A stretch of 64,000 nt of DNA from Octopus sinensis (Eukaryota): NCBI RefSeq assembly GCF_006345805.1, contig NC_042997.1:178002001-178066000 (forward strand), read 5' to 3'. The notes under the pieces were generated by a model. The model searched no databases. It saw only the letters and a program-made list of their open reading frames with translations, and was not told the DNA's origin. This document shows positions 62,623 through 64,000 of the stretch, piece after piece. Every line of letters starts with the position of its first letter. Position 1 is the stretch's first letter. A program made the translations under genes and the position numbers.

Positions 62623-64000
62623 AGACCAATCATGGGCAAACTGTGACCCAAAGGACTTTTTTGAATGACATGACTATCAAAAAGCTATCTTGAATCTTTT
62701 TAGTAGCACATTCTGCCTGACAATGAGCCATGTCACATACAGCCCATCACTGACCTAGTTAGTAGCCAGGCAATGAAAAAGTACCCTTCCTAAACACTTA
62801 TGTGTGAAGGTGTGTGGCTTAGTAGTTAGGGTATTTGGCGCACGATTGTAAGGTCATGAGTTCAATTCTCAGCAACACATTGTGTCCTTGAGCAAGACAC
62901 TTTATTCCACATTGCTCCAATCCACTCAGCTGACAAAAATGAGTAGTACCTGTATTTCAAAGGGCCAGCTTTGTCACACTCTGTGCCATGCTGAATCTCC
63001 CTGAGAACTATATTAACCCTTTCGTTACTGTATTTAATCTGAGATGCTCTGTGTTTCTTTCAATTGCTTTAAATATAACAAAGAATTTAGTAAAATAACT
63101 TAGTTATCAGTCAGCTAGTGTTAGGAACATAAATTGTGATTAAAGTCTGAAAGGGTTAAAGATACCTATATCTGTGGAGTGTTTAATCACTTGCACGTTA
63201 ATTTAACGAGCAGGCTGTTCCATTGATTGGATCAAACTGGAGCCTTTGTTGTCATAACTGACAGAATGCCAGTTAAACATTCATGAAGAACAGTAGTTCT
63301 AGCTTAGTACTCCCTTTTTAGCAGAATGGCATTTCATAAACACTCACAACTCATATATTTCAAATAACAAAAAGAGAAATAAGGAAGGGATAGACTATTT
63401 TAATCAAATGGAAGCTAATTTGTGTGTTGATTTATTATCCACATTTTCCTAAATCATCCCAGCCACCATGTGCCTTTTTCTAGATACTCACAAGGAATAG
63501 TGTGCCTCTATGCTAAATTTCTATAGAAATCACTAAAGGTGAGGACTTATAAAATGGAGTTAAATTTATATTTATATTTTTCATGCATGTAAATAAAAAA
63601 CAAATGGAACAAAAGATGACATTACAATTTCAAGTGTAAATAAAATATTAGCATTATTAGTGGTATTAAGGAATCAAACATGTATCTTAGTATTTGGCTA
63701 AGTTCAAGACAAATGAAAAAAATATAATAATAATTTATGATATACAACAAATTATTTTCCAAACACAATGTTTAATAACTGAAAAATAATTAATGTCAAC
63801 CTTGTACTTGAAACAGTCATGTTTCTGCACTGTTGCCAATCACTAATTTTTTAAAAAATATGTTAAATATAAGTGACAAAGGACTGAGATATCTGATACC
63901 TTGCTGTGCTTGAGAAGATATATCCACTACAACAGGCTTGATATCTTAGAACTGCATTGGTAAATGCTTGTATGTGAGGAGTTTTCCCCTACCTAGCTTC

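Noticed and set aside
63900-64000. Candidate first MCRIP exon (donor AAG|gtatca at 63900)
   Set aside because: The phase-2 frame has an upstream stop and no ATG, so it cannot be supported.

Overview
AT-rich, repeat-dense eukaryotic genomic DNA. The SINE, RTE and microsatellite landscape is typical of Octopus; the species assignment is inference from recognising the repeats. Two spliced minus-strand genes could be rebuilt by hand with consistent GT-AG sites and phases. Gene A (CDS 24662 to 692, 7 coding exons, about 377 aa) starts with a QRICH2/C16orf96-type N-terminal motif, has three paralogous phase-0 mini-exons in a coiled-coil region, and ends at a stop plus tandem AATAAA with no DUF4795 domain visible. 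Gene B (4 coding exons, 58053 to 38613, start probably outside the window) is a FAM195/MCRIP homolog. The rest is tRNA-derived SINEs, RTE/CR1/R4-type LINE relics, mariner/maT relics, TTAA and hAT-type MITEs, a head-to-tail Helitron array, a solo LTR and long microsatellites. Best second-look items: the short QRICH2-like gene with a triplicated exon, a minimal hammerhead ribozyme at 47582-47616, the Helitron array, an approximately 125-bp-arm inverted duplication at a SINE head, the solo LTR, and two CpG-rich non-coding segments, one carrying a telomere-template-like motif. Most ORFs in the supplied track are microsatellite or repeat artefacts. Repeat coordinates are approximate unless a TSD or TIR is quoted.
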